Assembly: GCF_000621645.1 (NCBI RefSeq)
Contig: NZ_JHXR01000011.1
Location: 120,001 to 152,000 of the forward strand
Length of the DNA: 32,000 nucleotides
Direction: 5' to 3'
Source of the DNA: Vibrio cholerae ATCC 14035
Lineage (GTDB): Bacteria; Pseudomonadota; Gammaproteobacteria; Enterobacterales; Vibrionaceae
Every line of letters begins with the position of its first letter. The first letter of the stretch is position 1. The position numbers and the translations under genes were made by a program. Below are positions 1 through 8,748 of the stretch, in pieces. The notes under the pieces are model-generated. The model did not search any database, was not told where the DNA came from, and saw only the letters and a program-made list of their open reading frames with translations.

Positions 1-2305
1 GTACCGCTTTCTGTTGAACGGGCACATCTTGTAGCGCGAGAGACATAAACTCAACCCAAGCTGGCAAGGCGGTTTTACCACCCGATTCGGCACCGGAAAC
101 ATCATCTTCAATGTTTCTATTCGGCGCTGTTTTCCCTAGGTTACGGCTATGATCATCAAAGCCCACCCAAGCCACACCAACGATGCCTGGGGCATAACCG
201 TTGTACCATGCATCTTTTGAGTCGTTGGTGGTACCGGTTTTACCACCGATGTCGCGGCGTTTCAGTGCCTGTGCTCGCCAGCCTGTACCGTTCCAACCGG
301 TATCTGAGCTCCACTCACCGCCACCCCAAATATTGCTGTACAGCATTTCACGCGTTAAGAAAGCGTTTTGCTCGGAAATCACTTTCGGGGCATAAGGGCT
401 TGCTGCGTCTTGCTCGGCAAACTCATCAAGTTCCGATGAGCATTCACGGTGGCAGACGACTTTCGGCTCTGCGCTAAACTCAATGTTGCCAAATGGATTT
501 TCGACGCGGCTGATGTAGAAAGGTTCAACGAAGTAACCATTGTTAGCAAAAACCGAGAAGCCTTGTGCCATTTGTACAGGAGTCAAGCTGCCTGCACCGA
601 GCGCAATCGTCTCAGAGCGCGGTAACTGATCTAATTTGAAACCAAAGCGAGTTAAGTATTCGCGTGTTTCATCCAAACCCACTTCACGCAAAACGCGCAC
701 GGCCATGACGTTTTTCGATTGGGCTAAACCAATTCTCAGTCGTGTTGGGCCGGTGTAGGTTGGTGGTGAGTTCTTCGGACGCCATGCCGTGCCTTGACTC
801 TCATCCCATTGGTTAATCGGCGCATCATTAATCAGCGTGGCTAAAGTGAGTCCTTTATTCAGTGCCGCAGAATAGATAAATGGTTTGATACTTGAACCCA
901 CTTGACGCACTGACTGGGTAGCTCGGTTAAATTTGTTGTGCACAAAGTTAAAACCACCAACCAACGCAGTGACCGCGCCGTTTTCTGGATTCATCGCGAC
1001 AAATGCGGTGTTGGCATTCGGAACTTGAGTTAGCTTCCAAGCGGTAATCGCGCCATCTTGGGTGCGTGGACGAACCCAAATTTGCTGTCCTGCGGCTAAA
1101 AATTCATTGGCACTTTTCGGAAGTGGGCCTTGGCGATCGTCGTTGATAAAACGGCGCGCCCAATTCATGTCTTCCCAAGCGATGGTTTGCACACCATAGC
1201 TTTTTACCCACACTTGGGCCGATTTTTCTTCAACGCTGAGAACCGCGGCAGGGAACATATCGCCATAGGTAGGTTCATTGCTCAGGTATTCAGACAGCTG
1301 AGTGCTGCTCCAAGCCGGTTGATTGACTTGCCACAACTCTTTTTCTGCACCGCGATAACCGTGACGCTCATCGTAAGCCAACAGGTTATTGATCGCGGCT
1401 TGGTTGGCGGCTCTTTGCAACTTAGAGTCGACCGTTGTGTAGACATTCATGCCTGACGTGTAAGCAGCTTCTTCACCGTAGCGTTCAACCATCCATGCGC
1501 GAGCAATTTCAGCCACATACGGTGCGTTTAACTCAATCTCTGCGCCATGGTATTTCGACAGCACAGGTTCGGCACGCGCAGCATCGTATTCTGCTTTAGT
1601 GATGTATTTTTCATCCAGCATACGCTGCAGCACCACATTACGACGGTTGGTCGCACGCTCGACGGAATAGATAGGGTTCATGGTTGAAGGGGCTTTTGGT
1701 AGGCCTGCAATCAGCGCAATTTCACCTAAGGTCAGATCTTTCACCTCTTTGCCGAAATACGCTTGCGCAGCCGCGCCGACGCCATAAGAACGGTAGCCGA
1801 GGTAAATTTTGTTGAGATACAGCTCTAAGATCTCTTGCTTGCTTAACAGTTGCTCAATATGGATCGCAATGAAGATCTCTTTGACTTTACGCATCACCTT
1901 CTTCTCATTAGAGAGGAAAAAGTTACGCGCAAGCTGCTGAGTAATGGTACTGGCACCTTGCGAAGCACTGCCCGAGGCGAGTACAGCAAAGGCGGCACGC
2001 GTGATACCAATCGGGTCAAAACCGTAGTGCTCGTAGTAGCGAGAGTCTTCGGTCGCAATCACCGCTTCGATCAACTCTTTAGGCATTTCTTCCAGCTTGA
2101 GCGGGATGCGGCGCTTTTCACCAAATTGGGCGATCAGTTTGCCGTCTTGACTGAAGACTTGCATCGGAGTTTGTAATTGGACATCACGTAGAGTGGCTAC
2201 ATCTGGCAGATCTGATTTCACATAAAAATAGAAACCAAAGATTGTAGTGACTCCAAGAATAATGCAAATCAATGAAAATACTAATAAACGCTTTATGAAC
2301 TTCAC
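1..2305 (-). CDS. mrcA: Penicillin-binding protein 1A (bifunctional peptidoglycan glycosyltransferase/transpeptidase); N-terminal ~768 codons, 3' end beyond the left window edge
   Basis: Absent from the ORF track because it runs off the window. Reverse-strand translation from GTG at 2305..2303 gives VKFIKRLLVFSLICIILGVTTIFGFYFYVKSDLPDVATLRDVQLQTPMQVFSQDGKLIAQFGEKRR. The frame stays open to position 1. It contains the GT51 motif VIATEDSRYYEHY (around 2000-2040) and the transpeptidase SxxK motif VGSSIKPF (around 870-905). It is divergent from pilM, as mrcA/hofM are in E. coli. Confidence 0.93.
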   Translation of the reverse strand, partial: MKFIKRLLVFSLICIILGVTTIFGFYFYVKSDLPDVATLRDVQLQTPMQVFSQDGKLIAQFGEKRRIPLKLEEMPKELIEAVIATEDSRYYEHYGFDPIGITRAAFAVLASGSASQGASTITQQLARNFFLSNEKKVMRKVKEIFIAIHIEQLLSKQEILELYLNKIYLGYRSYGVGAAAQAYFGKEVKDLTLGEIALIAGLPKAPSTMNPIYSVERATNRRNVVLQRMLDEKYITKAEYDAARAEPVLSKYHGAEIELNAPYVAEIARAWMVERYGEEAAYTSGMNVYTTVDSKLQRAANQAAINNLLAYDERHGYRGAEKELWQVNQPAWSSTQLSEYLSNEPTYGDMFPAAVLSVEEKSAQVWVKSYGVQTIAWEDMNWARRFINDDRQGPLPKSANEFLAAGQQIWVRPRTQDGAITAWKLTQVPNANTAFVAMNPENGAVTALVGGFNFVHNKFNRATQSVRQVGSSIKPFIYSAALNKGLTLATLINDAPINQWDESQGTAWRPKNSPPTYTGPTRLRIGLAQSKNVMAVRVLREVGLDETREYLTRFGFKLDQLPRSETIALGAGSLTPVQMAQGFSVFANNGYFVEPFYISRVENPFGNIEFSAEPKVVCHRECSSELDEFAEQDAASPYAPKVISEQNAFLTREMLYSNIWGGGEWSSDTGWNGTGWRAQALKRRDIGGKTGTTNDSKDAWYNGYAPGIVGVAWVGFDDHSRNLGKTAPNRNIEDDVSGAESGGKTALPAWVEFMSLALQDVPVQQKAV

Positions 2306-2447
2306 CGGAGAATCCCTGTTTAGTTGAGGCTGCACTAATGCAAACCCTTGTACTCTAGGCTAAAACCTTAGCTCGCAAAATATCATCTGCCTATTTATTG
2401 AGAAAATAGGTCTATCGAGCTGAACCTCTTTACTGGAGCTTAGCCTC

Positions 2448-3464
2448 ATGGGTAAATCATTAGTTACGGGTATTGATATCGGCCACCACAGCATTAAAGC
2501 TGCGGTGCTCAAACCTATGGGCGACACTTATGCGCTTGTGGGGTATGAGGAGTTGCTCGTTACCGCTGATATTTTCACCGATAATCACACGCTCGATTAT
2601 CAGAAAATTGTAAAGAAACTAAAAGAACTAAAAAAGGGTTTGCCTCTATTTAGTCATAAAGTCGCGATAGCAATCCCGGATAGCGCCGTGATTAGCAAAG
2701 TATTACAAATAGATAGCGATCTTGAGCAGCGCGAGCTGGAATTTGCTGTCTATCAAGCCTTTTCGCATCAATCTCCATTCCCCGTTGAAGAGCTGAGCCT
2801 CGATTTCGTCAAAGTGACGGAAAAAAGCCTCGCCCGCAGCAGCACGACGACCTTCCAAGTGTATGCCACCAAAAAAGACGTGGTCGACAGTCGTTTGCAT
2901 GCCGTTAAAAAAGCGGGTTTTGAACCAGTGTTGATGGATGTGCAAGTACATAGTTTGTTGCATTTATGGCAACTCGCTAGCCGTGCGTATCGACGTCCAG
3001 ACTGGATGTTGGTGGATATTGGCTACACCCAAAGTTCATTGTGCCTCGATTTTCCGGAAAAAATGCCCTTTTACAAAGACGTGCCATTAGGAACTCGTCA
3101 ATTGGAATCAGAACCCAGTGCTGTGAACTCATTGAATCATCCACTGTTACACGATCCCACGCAGCGGTTTATTCAAGAATTGGTCGACAAAATTGCGCGG
3201 CAAATCCAGCTTTTTACTTCGGTGCACGGGACTCAAAGTCTTGGCGGGTTATGGCTATCGGGTGGCGGTGCCACGCTTTCTGGTTTAGAGGACGCGCTTT
3301 ATCAACGCTTGTCACTGCCTTGCGAAGTGCTCAATCCGTTTTCACTGTTCAAAAACAATGTGGCAAAACGCAAACGCCCACTGGTTGATGGCCAGCGTTT
3401 TAGTACCGCCGCCGGTCTTGCATTGCGAGGCTTAGCTTGGTTGGAGAGTGAGCATGTTGCATAA
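2448..3464 (+). CDS. pilM: Type IV pilus assembly protein PilM (actin-like ATPase fold)
   Basis: 338-aa ORF with N-terminal GIDIGHHSIKAAVL and C-terminal LSGGGA motifs typical of PilM/FtsA-like proteins. GGAG lies 9 nt upstream of the ATG. It is the first gene of five overlapping pil genes. Confidence 0.9.
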   Translation: MGKSLVTGIDIGHHSIKAAVLKPMGDTYALVGYEELLVTADIFTDNHTLDYQKIVKKLKELKKGLPLFSHKVAIAIPDSAVISKVLQIDSDLEQRELEFAVYQAFSHQSPFPVEELSLDFVKVTEKSLARSSTTTFQVYATKKDVVDSRLHAVKKAGFEPVLMDVQVHSLLHLWQLASRAYRRPDWMLVDIGYTQSSLCLDFPEKMPFYKDVPLGTRQLESEPSAVNSLNHPLLHDPTQRFIQELVDKIARQIQLFTSVHGTQSLGGLWLSGGGATLSGLEDALYQRLSLPCEVLNPFSLFKNNVAKRKRPLVDGQRFSTAAGLALRGLAWLESEHVA

Positions 3465-4038
3465 GGTCAACTTACTGCCGTGGCGTGATGCACGGCGTGA
3501 AGCACATAAGCGGCGCTTTTTGGGGTTAGTGACACTCGGTGTTTTGCTGGCGGTGTTGATGCAATTTGCAGCAGGCGAATACTTGGGCGGACAAATGGCT
3601 TTGCAACAAGAGCGGATTGGTTATTTGCAACAACATATCTTCTCGCTGGATCAGCAGATCGCTAAGTTGAAGATCGCTGAAGAAGAACATAAGGCGTTAT
3701 TGACCCGTTTGACTGTGGTGGAGCAACTGCAGCAAAAGCGCAATAAAACGACTGAGTTTATGAACCAAATGCCCAACCTGATCCCTGAAGGCGTCTATGT
3801 CGACAAGATCAAGATGAATGGCCATCAGATAGAAATAACCGGGATTAGCGATTCCACCGCTCGCTTGGCAACCATGCTCGATAACTTGGAGAAGTCGGAC
3901 AAATTAACCGATGTTGAAATGCATGAAATCGTTTCAGGGAATAAGCGATTTGGTAAGCAATTTCAGAGCTTTAAAGTCTCCTTCCAAATTTTAACCCCAG
4001 CCTCTAACCCGCAAGCGGGAGGTGCACACAATGGCTAG
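3454..4038 (+). CDS. pilN: Type IV pilus assembly protein PilN
   Basis: Begins MLHKVNLLPWRDARRE (conserved NLLPWR motif that binds PilM), followed by one TM helix (LGLVTLGVLLAVLMQFAAG). I prefer ATG 3454 (GGAGA 6 nt upstream) to the track's GTG 3448. It overlaps the pilM stop by 11 nt. Confidence 0.85.
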   Translation: MLHKVNLLPWRDARREAHKRRFLGLVTLGVLLAVLMQFAAGEYLGGQMALQQERIGYLQQHIFSLDQQIAKLKIAEEEHKALLTRLTVVEQLQQKRNKTTEFMNQMPNLIPEGVYVDKIKMNGHQIEITGISDSTARLATMLDNLEKSDKLTDVEMHEIVSGNKRFGKQFQSFKVSFQILTPASNPQAGGAHNG

Positions 4039-4621
4039 TCTACAAGAGCTAGAACTGGATGAAATTAGTGAATGGCCGCTGCTGCCTCAGTTGGTGGTGA
4101 TTCTGCTTATCATGCTACTGATCCAAGGTGCTGGTTATTGGTTCTATCTCATGCCCAAACAAGACGAGATTGCGCTGTTAAAGCAGGAAGAGGAAACCGT
4201 CAAGGCGACACTGCGCATCAAAGCCAATAAAGTGGCGGTATTGCCGCAGATCCAAGCTCAGTTGGACGAGCTCAAAGAGCGTTACGATTTTTTACTGCGC
4301 CAGCTACCGGTGCAAAAAGAGTTAGCCAGCATGCTGGCGTCAGTCAACCAGCTTGGGCTCGATAGTTCGCTTACCTTTACGCGGATTGATTGGGGGGAGC
4401 GTGAAAGCCAAGAGTTTCTTTACCGCTTACCGCTCAATATCGAACTGACGGGGAGCTATCACGATATTGGCGATTTTTCGCAAGCGATTGCCAAGTTACC
4501 GCGCATCATCAACTTCGACGATGTGGACTGGCAGCGTGTCAGCCAAGAGAGTAGCACGCTGCACTTTCGAGTCAGAGCCTACACCTACCAATTTAAGCAG
4601 GAGGTGGATGATGAAAAATAA
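4031..4621 (+). CDS. pilO: Type IV pilus assembly protein PilO
   Basis: N-terminal TM helix (WPLLPQLVVILLIMLLIQGAGYWFYL), then a coiled-coil region and an alpha/beta core. GGGAGG precedes ATG 4031. The track start 4022 is a GTG. ATGGCTAG overlaps the pilN stop. Position in the pilMNOPQ order supports the call. Confidence 0.85.
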   Translation: MASLQELELDEISEWPLLPQLVVILLIMLLIQGAGYWFYLMPKQDEIALLKQEEETVKATLRIKANKVAVLPQIQAQLDELKERYDFLLRQLPVQKELASMLASVNQLGLDSSLTFTRIDWGERESQEFLYRLPLNIELTGSYHDIGDFSQAIAKLPRIINFDDVDWQRVSQESSTLHFRVRAYTYQFKQEVDDEK

Positions 4622-5129
4622 GCCACTTGGATTATGGCTGATGAGTTTGCTGGTGTTGGTCGGGTGTAAGGCGAACCAAGATGATTTGACCTCATACGTC
4701 GCGCAAGTTGAGCGTGAAGCGCGCAAAGAAGTAACTAAGCTCAAACCCATTTTAGAGTTTGAAGCCACGCCCTATCAGCAGCACAAGGGGCGTGAGCCGT
4801 TTGTCTTACCGAAAGAAGCGTTAGTGCAAAACCAACCGCTGGCCAAAGCCGACTGTTGGCAACCCGTGCCACGTGCGAAAAATGGGCCGTTGGAGCGTTA
4901 TCCATTGCACCAATTGCGCTTAAAAGGGGTGATGAGCAGCGGGGGCAGTATCTCTGCCTTAGTGCAAACGCCGGCAGGGAGTGTGGTCAAGGTTAAGGCG
5001 GGTCAATATGTCGGAATCAATAATGGCAAAGTCACCCGAGTCGACGACAACTATTTGTTAATTAATGAAACTTTGCCTGATGGCTTAGGGTGTTGGAATC
5101 AGCGTAACGTCAAGCTGGCTTTAAAATAA
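4611..5129 (+). CDS. pilP: Type IV pilus assembly lipoprotein PilP
   Basis: MKNKPLGLWLMSLLVLVGC is a lipoprotein signal peptide with an LVGC lipobox. AGGAGG at 4599-4604 lies 6 nt upstream of ATG 4611. The track start at 4467 would read through the pilO coding region in another frame. It overlaps the pilO stop. Confidence 0.85.
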   Translation: MKNKPLGLWLMSLLVLVGCKANQDDLTSYVAQVEREARKEVTKLKPILEFEATPYQQHKGREPFVLPKEALVQNQPLAKADCWQPVPRAKNGPLERYPLHQLRLKGVMSSGGSISALVQTPAGSVVKVKAGQYVGINNGKVTRVDDNYLLINETLPDGLGCWNQRNVKLALK

Positions 5130-5154
5130 TCGGTTGAAGTATAGAGATATAACG

Positions 5155-6870
5155 ATGAAAAATGGATTGAAAACTTATGTCGCACAGACTTGGCTGACCT
5201 TGTGGGTTGGTTTGGCACTTTGTGCTTCTTCCATGGTGTTTAGTGCTGAATCCGCTACCGCCAACCAGTTGGAAAACATCGACTTTCGGGTCAACAAAGA
5301 GAAGGCGGCGGTCTTAATTGTCGAATTGGCTTCGCCATCGGCGGTCGTGGATGTGCAAAAAGTCCAAGAAGGGTTGAGCATTGAACTCCTGAAAACCGAT
5401 GTGGCGGATGACAAGCTGTATCTGCTTGATGTGAAAGATTTTTCGACCCCTGTTGAGAGCGTGGAAGTATTCCGTAAAGAGCCAAGCACACAACTGGTTG
5501 TGACTGTCGATGGGGAGTTTCAGCACGATTATACCTTAAAAGGAAAATACCTTGAGGTCGTGATCAGTAAACTCAAAGCCGATGAAAAGCCTAAGCCCAA
5601 GAGTGTCTTGGAAAAAGAAGGCAAGCTGATTTCAATTAACTTCCAAGATATTCCGGTGCGTAACGTACTGCAGCTGATTGCCGATTATAACGGTTTCAAC
5701 TTAGTGGTTTCCGATTCGGTGGTGGGTAACCTGACTTTACGCTTGGATGGCGTGCCTTGGCAGCAAGTGTTGGACATTATTCTGCAAGTCAAAGGGCTCG
5801 ATAAACGGGTCGATGGTAATGTGATTTTGATTGCGCCGAAAGAGGAACTCGACTTGCGCGAGAAACAAGCGCTCGAAAAAGCCCGTTTAGCAGAAGAGTT
5901 GGGCGATTTAAAATCAGAAATCATCAAGATTAACTTTGCCAAAGCGTCTGACATTGCGGCGATGATCGGCGGTGAAGGCAACGTTAACATGTTGTCTGAA
6001 CGAGGTTCGATCAGCATCGACGAACGAACTAACTCGCTATTGATCCGAGAGCTGCCCGATAATATTGCTGTGATCCGCGAGATCATTGAATCGCTGGATA
6101 TTCCGGTCAAACAAGTTCAAATCGAAGCGCGGATTGTCACCGTCAAAGAAGGTAACTTGGAGGAGCTGGGGGTACGCTGGGGCGTGATGTCGACCAATGG
6201 TAGCCACTCGGTCGGAGGAAGCATAGAGAGTAACTTATGGCAAAAAGGGTTATTGGCGGATGATGAATTTCCGGTGGATGAATTCTTAAATGTGAATTTG
6301 GCTTCCACCTCTGCCAATGCGTCTTCGATTGCTTTCCAAGTCGCTAAATTGGGCTCAGGTACGTTGTTGGATTTGGAGCTTTCAGCATTACAAAATGAAT
6401 CGAAGGCCGAAATCATCTCTAGCCCTCGTTTGATTACCACTAATAAACAGCCTGCCTATATTGAGCAAGGTACTGAGATCCCTTATCTGGAATCGTCTTC
6501 CAGTGGTGCCTCTACGGTCGCGTTTAAAAAAGCGGTATTAAGCTTGAAGGTGACACCACAAATCACCCCAGATAACCGCTTGGTGCTCGACTTGAGTGTG
6601 ACCCAAGACCGACGCGGTGAAACGGTGAAAACCGGTACGGGTGAAGCGGTATCGATCGATACTCAGCGTATTGGCACTCAAGTGTTGGTGAATAACGGAG
6701 AAACTGTGGTGTTGGGTGGCATTTTCCAACACAGCATCAATAATTCGGTAGATAAGGTGCCACTGCTGGGGGACTTGCCTGTTTTGGGGGCGTTATTCAG
6801 ACGAACCTATGAGCAAATGGGCAAAAGTGAACTGCTGATTTTTGTCACGCCGAAAGTGGTCATTCAATAA
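5155..6870 (+). CDS. pilQ: Type IV pilus secretin PilQ (outer-membrane channel used by the competence/ChiRP pilus)
   Basis: Signal peptide (WLTLWVGLALCASSMVFSAES), an N-terminal AMIN-like region, and a C-terminal secretin core including VLGGIF...VPLLGDLPVLGALFR...ELLIFVTPKVV. ATG 5155 is preferred over the track's TTG 5134. Confidence 0.92.
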   Translation: MKNGLKTYVAQTWLTLWVGLALCASSMVFSAESATANQLENIDFRVNKEKAAVLIVELASPSAVVDVQKVQEGLSIELLKTDVADDKLYLLDVKDFSTPVESVEVFRKEPSTQLVVTVDGEFQHDYTLKGKYLEVVISKLKADEKPKPKSVLEKEGKLISINFQDIPVRNVLQLIADYNGFNLVVSDSVVGNLTLRLDGVPWQQVLDIILQVKGLDKRVDGNVILIAPKEELDLREKQALEKARLAEELGDLKSEIIKINFAKASDIAAMIGGEGNVNMLSERGSISIDERTNSLLIRELPDNIAVIREIIESLDIPVKQVQIEARIVTVKEGNLEELGVRWGVMSTNGSHSVGGSIESNLWQKGLLADDEFPVDEFLNVNLASTSANASSIAFQVAKLGSGTLLDLELSALQNESKAEIISSPRLITTNKQPAYIEQGTEIPYLESSSSGASTVAFKKAVLSLKVTPQITPDNRLVLDLSVTQDRRGETVKTGTGEAVSIDTQRIGTQVLVNNGETVVLGGIFQHSINNSVDKVPLLGDLPVLGALFRRTYEQMGKSELLIFVTPKVVIQ

Positions 6871-7056
6871 CTTAGCGTGTGCGTAACAAGCGAACAAAAA
6901 TTAAAGTTGCAATAGTGGCACCATATCTAGATAATTTCGGGTCTTATCACGAAATATCGGTGAGGAATAGGTGCCACAAGCATTCCTATGGTTGGCGTAT
7001 GTCCAGCAACTCTTGTGGCGATGTCATTGAATTAACGTTGTAAATTACTGCTGAAC

Positions 7057-7581
7057 ATGGCTGAGAAACGCAATATTTTCCTTGTTGGCCCTATGGGCGC
7101 TGGCAAAAGCACAATTGGTAGACACCTAGCTCAACAACTGCACATGGAGTTTATCGACTCTGATACGGTTATCGAAGAACGTACCGGAGCGGATATCGCA
7201 TGGGTGTTTGATGTTGAAGGTGAAGAAGGCTTCCGCAAGCGCGAAGAAGCCGTTATTAATGATCTAACCGAGCAACAGGGTATCGTACTGGCGACGGGTG
7301 GTGGCTCAGTAATTAGTAAAGAGAACCGCAACCGACTGTCTGCTCGCGGTATCGTTGTATACCTCGAAACTACTATCGAAAAACAATTAGCACGTACCAA
7401 TCGCGATAAAAAGCGCCCACTGCTGCAAACGGATTGCCCGCGTGAAGTGCTAGAGCAATTGGCTGAAGATCGTAATCCTCTGTACGAAGAGATTGCGGAC
7501 ATCACGGTACGCACTGACGATCAAAGTGCAAAAGTGGTAGCCAATCAGATCGTAAAAATGCTAGAAGAACACATAATGTAA
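7057..7581 (+). CDS. aroK: Shikimate kinase I
   Basis: 174 aa with P-loop [12 protein letters not shown]. High similarity to enterobacterial AroK and conserved position before aroB. Confidence 0.95.
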   Translation: MAEKRNIFLVGPMGAGKSTIGRHLAQQLHMEFIDSDTVIEERTGADIAWVFDVEGEEGFRKREEAVINDLTEQQGIVLATGGGSVISKENRNRLSARGIVVYLETTIEKQLARTNRDKKRPLLQTDCPREVLEQLAEDRNPLYEEIADITVRTDDQSAKVVANQIVKMLEEHIM

Positions 7582-7608
7582 TGTTTCTTCGAATTGGAGT
7601 GCAAAACC

Positions 7609-8694
7609 ATGGAGCGGATTACGGTCAACTTAGGTGAACGTAGCTACCCAATCTCAATCGGTGCCGGATTGTTTGCCAATCCGGCTCTTCTTTCCCTCTC
7701 TGCTAAGCAGAAGGTGGTGATAGTCACCAACCACACTGTCGCTCCGCTGTATGCGCCTGCGATCATTTCATTACTTGATCACATCGGTTGCCAGCATGCT
7801 TTGCTGGAACTGCCCGATGGCGAACAGTACAAAACTCTCGAAACCTTCAACACTGTGATGAGCTTTTTGCTTGAGCATAACTACAGCCGTGATGTGGTTG
7901 TCATTGCTTTAGGTGGGGGAGTGATTGGTGATCTGGTCGGTTTCGCGGCGGCTTGTTATCAGCGTGGCGTTGATTTCATTCAAATACCGACCACACTGCT
8001 GTCGCAGGTGGATTCTTCGGTCGGTGGGAAAACCGCGGTCAATCATCCGCTCGGTAAAAACATGATTGGTGCTTTTTATCAACCCAAAGCGGTAGTGATT
8101 GATACGGACTGTTTGACTACACTGCCCGCCCGTGAATTTGCCGCTGGCATGGCGGAAGTCATCAAGTACGGCATCATTTACGACTCAGCCTTCTTCGACT
8201 GGCTAGAAGCACAGATGGAGGCCTTGTACGCATTGGACGAACAAGCGCTCACTTACGCAATTGCGCGCTGCTGCCAAATCAAAGCCGAGGTGGTCGCGCA
8301 AGATGAGAAAGAGTCGGGCATTCGTGCGTTACTCAATCTTGGTCACACCTTCGGCCATGCAATTGAAGCACACATGGGCTATGGCAATTGGCTGCACGGT
8401 GAAGCCGTATCTGCGGGTACAGTAATGGCGGCGAAAACGGCTCAATTACAAGGCCTTATCGATGCATCTCAATTTGAACGTATCCTAGCTATACTGAAAA
8501 AAGCGCATTTGCCTGTGCGAACCCCAGAGAACATGACCTTTGCCGATTTCATGCAGCACATGATGCGCGATAAAAAAGTGTTGGCAGGGGAACTGCGTTT
8601 GGTGTTACCGACCAGTATCGGCACGTCAGCGGTCGTAAAAGGGGTACCTGAAGCCGTGATTGCCCAAGCGATAGAGTATTGTCGCACGGTGTAA
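7609..8694 (+). CDS. aroB: 3-dehydroquinate synthase
   Basis: [15 protein letters not shown]... with the NAD-binding [14 protein letters not shown] motif and metal-binding HGEAV. ATG 7609 (GGAG 9 nt upstream) is preferred to the track's TTG 7594. Confidence 0.95.
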   Translation: MERITVNLGERSYPISIGAGLFANPALLSLSAKQKVVIVTNHTVAPLYAPAIISLLDHIGCQHALLELPDGEQYKTLETFNTVMSFLLEHNYSRDVVVIALGGGVIGDLVGFAAACYQRGVDFIQIPTTLLSQVDSSVGGKTAVNHPLGKNMIGAFYQPKAVVIDTDCLTTLPAREFAAGMAEVIKYGIIYDSAFFDWLEAQMEALYALDEQALTYAIARCCQIKAEVVAQDEKESGIRALLNLGHTFGHAIEAHMGYGNWLHGEAVSAGTVMAAKTAQLQGLIDASQFERILAILKKAHLPVRTPENMTFADFMQHMMRDKKVLAGELRLVLPTSIGTSAVVKGVPEAVIAQAIEYCRTV

Positions 8695-8748
8695 TCGAGA
8701 GACTTGCAGAACATTTTGATATCAGACAATTGTCATTAGGATGGCCCA

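Noticed and set aside
2373-2380. TCGCAAAA upstream of pilM as a CRP-S (TfoX-dependent competence) site
   Set aside because: Only the right half of the TTTTGCGA-N6-TCGCAAAA consensus is present. The corresponding left half (GCTAAAAC) matches 1 of 8 positions.
4467-4610. Long upstream extensions of ORF-track entries (pilP from 4467, pilQ from 5134, aroB from 7594, rpe from 11218, trpS from 12675, astA from 21615, pilO from 4022, pilN from 3448)
   Set aside because: The extensions use non-ATG starts or overlap the preceding gene, a terminator or hairpins. They lack Shine-Dalgarno sequences and add residues not found in homologues. Internal ATGs with good RBSs restore canonical N-termini (signal peptides, NLLPWR, MERITV..., MKDFLIAPS..., MSKPIVLSG...).
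6915-6922. TGGCAC within GTGGCACC (and its inverted copy at 6970-6977) as a sigma54 -24 element
   Set aside because: The required GC of the -12 element (GG-N10-GC spacing) is absent on both strands.
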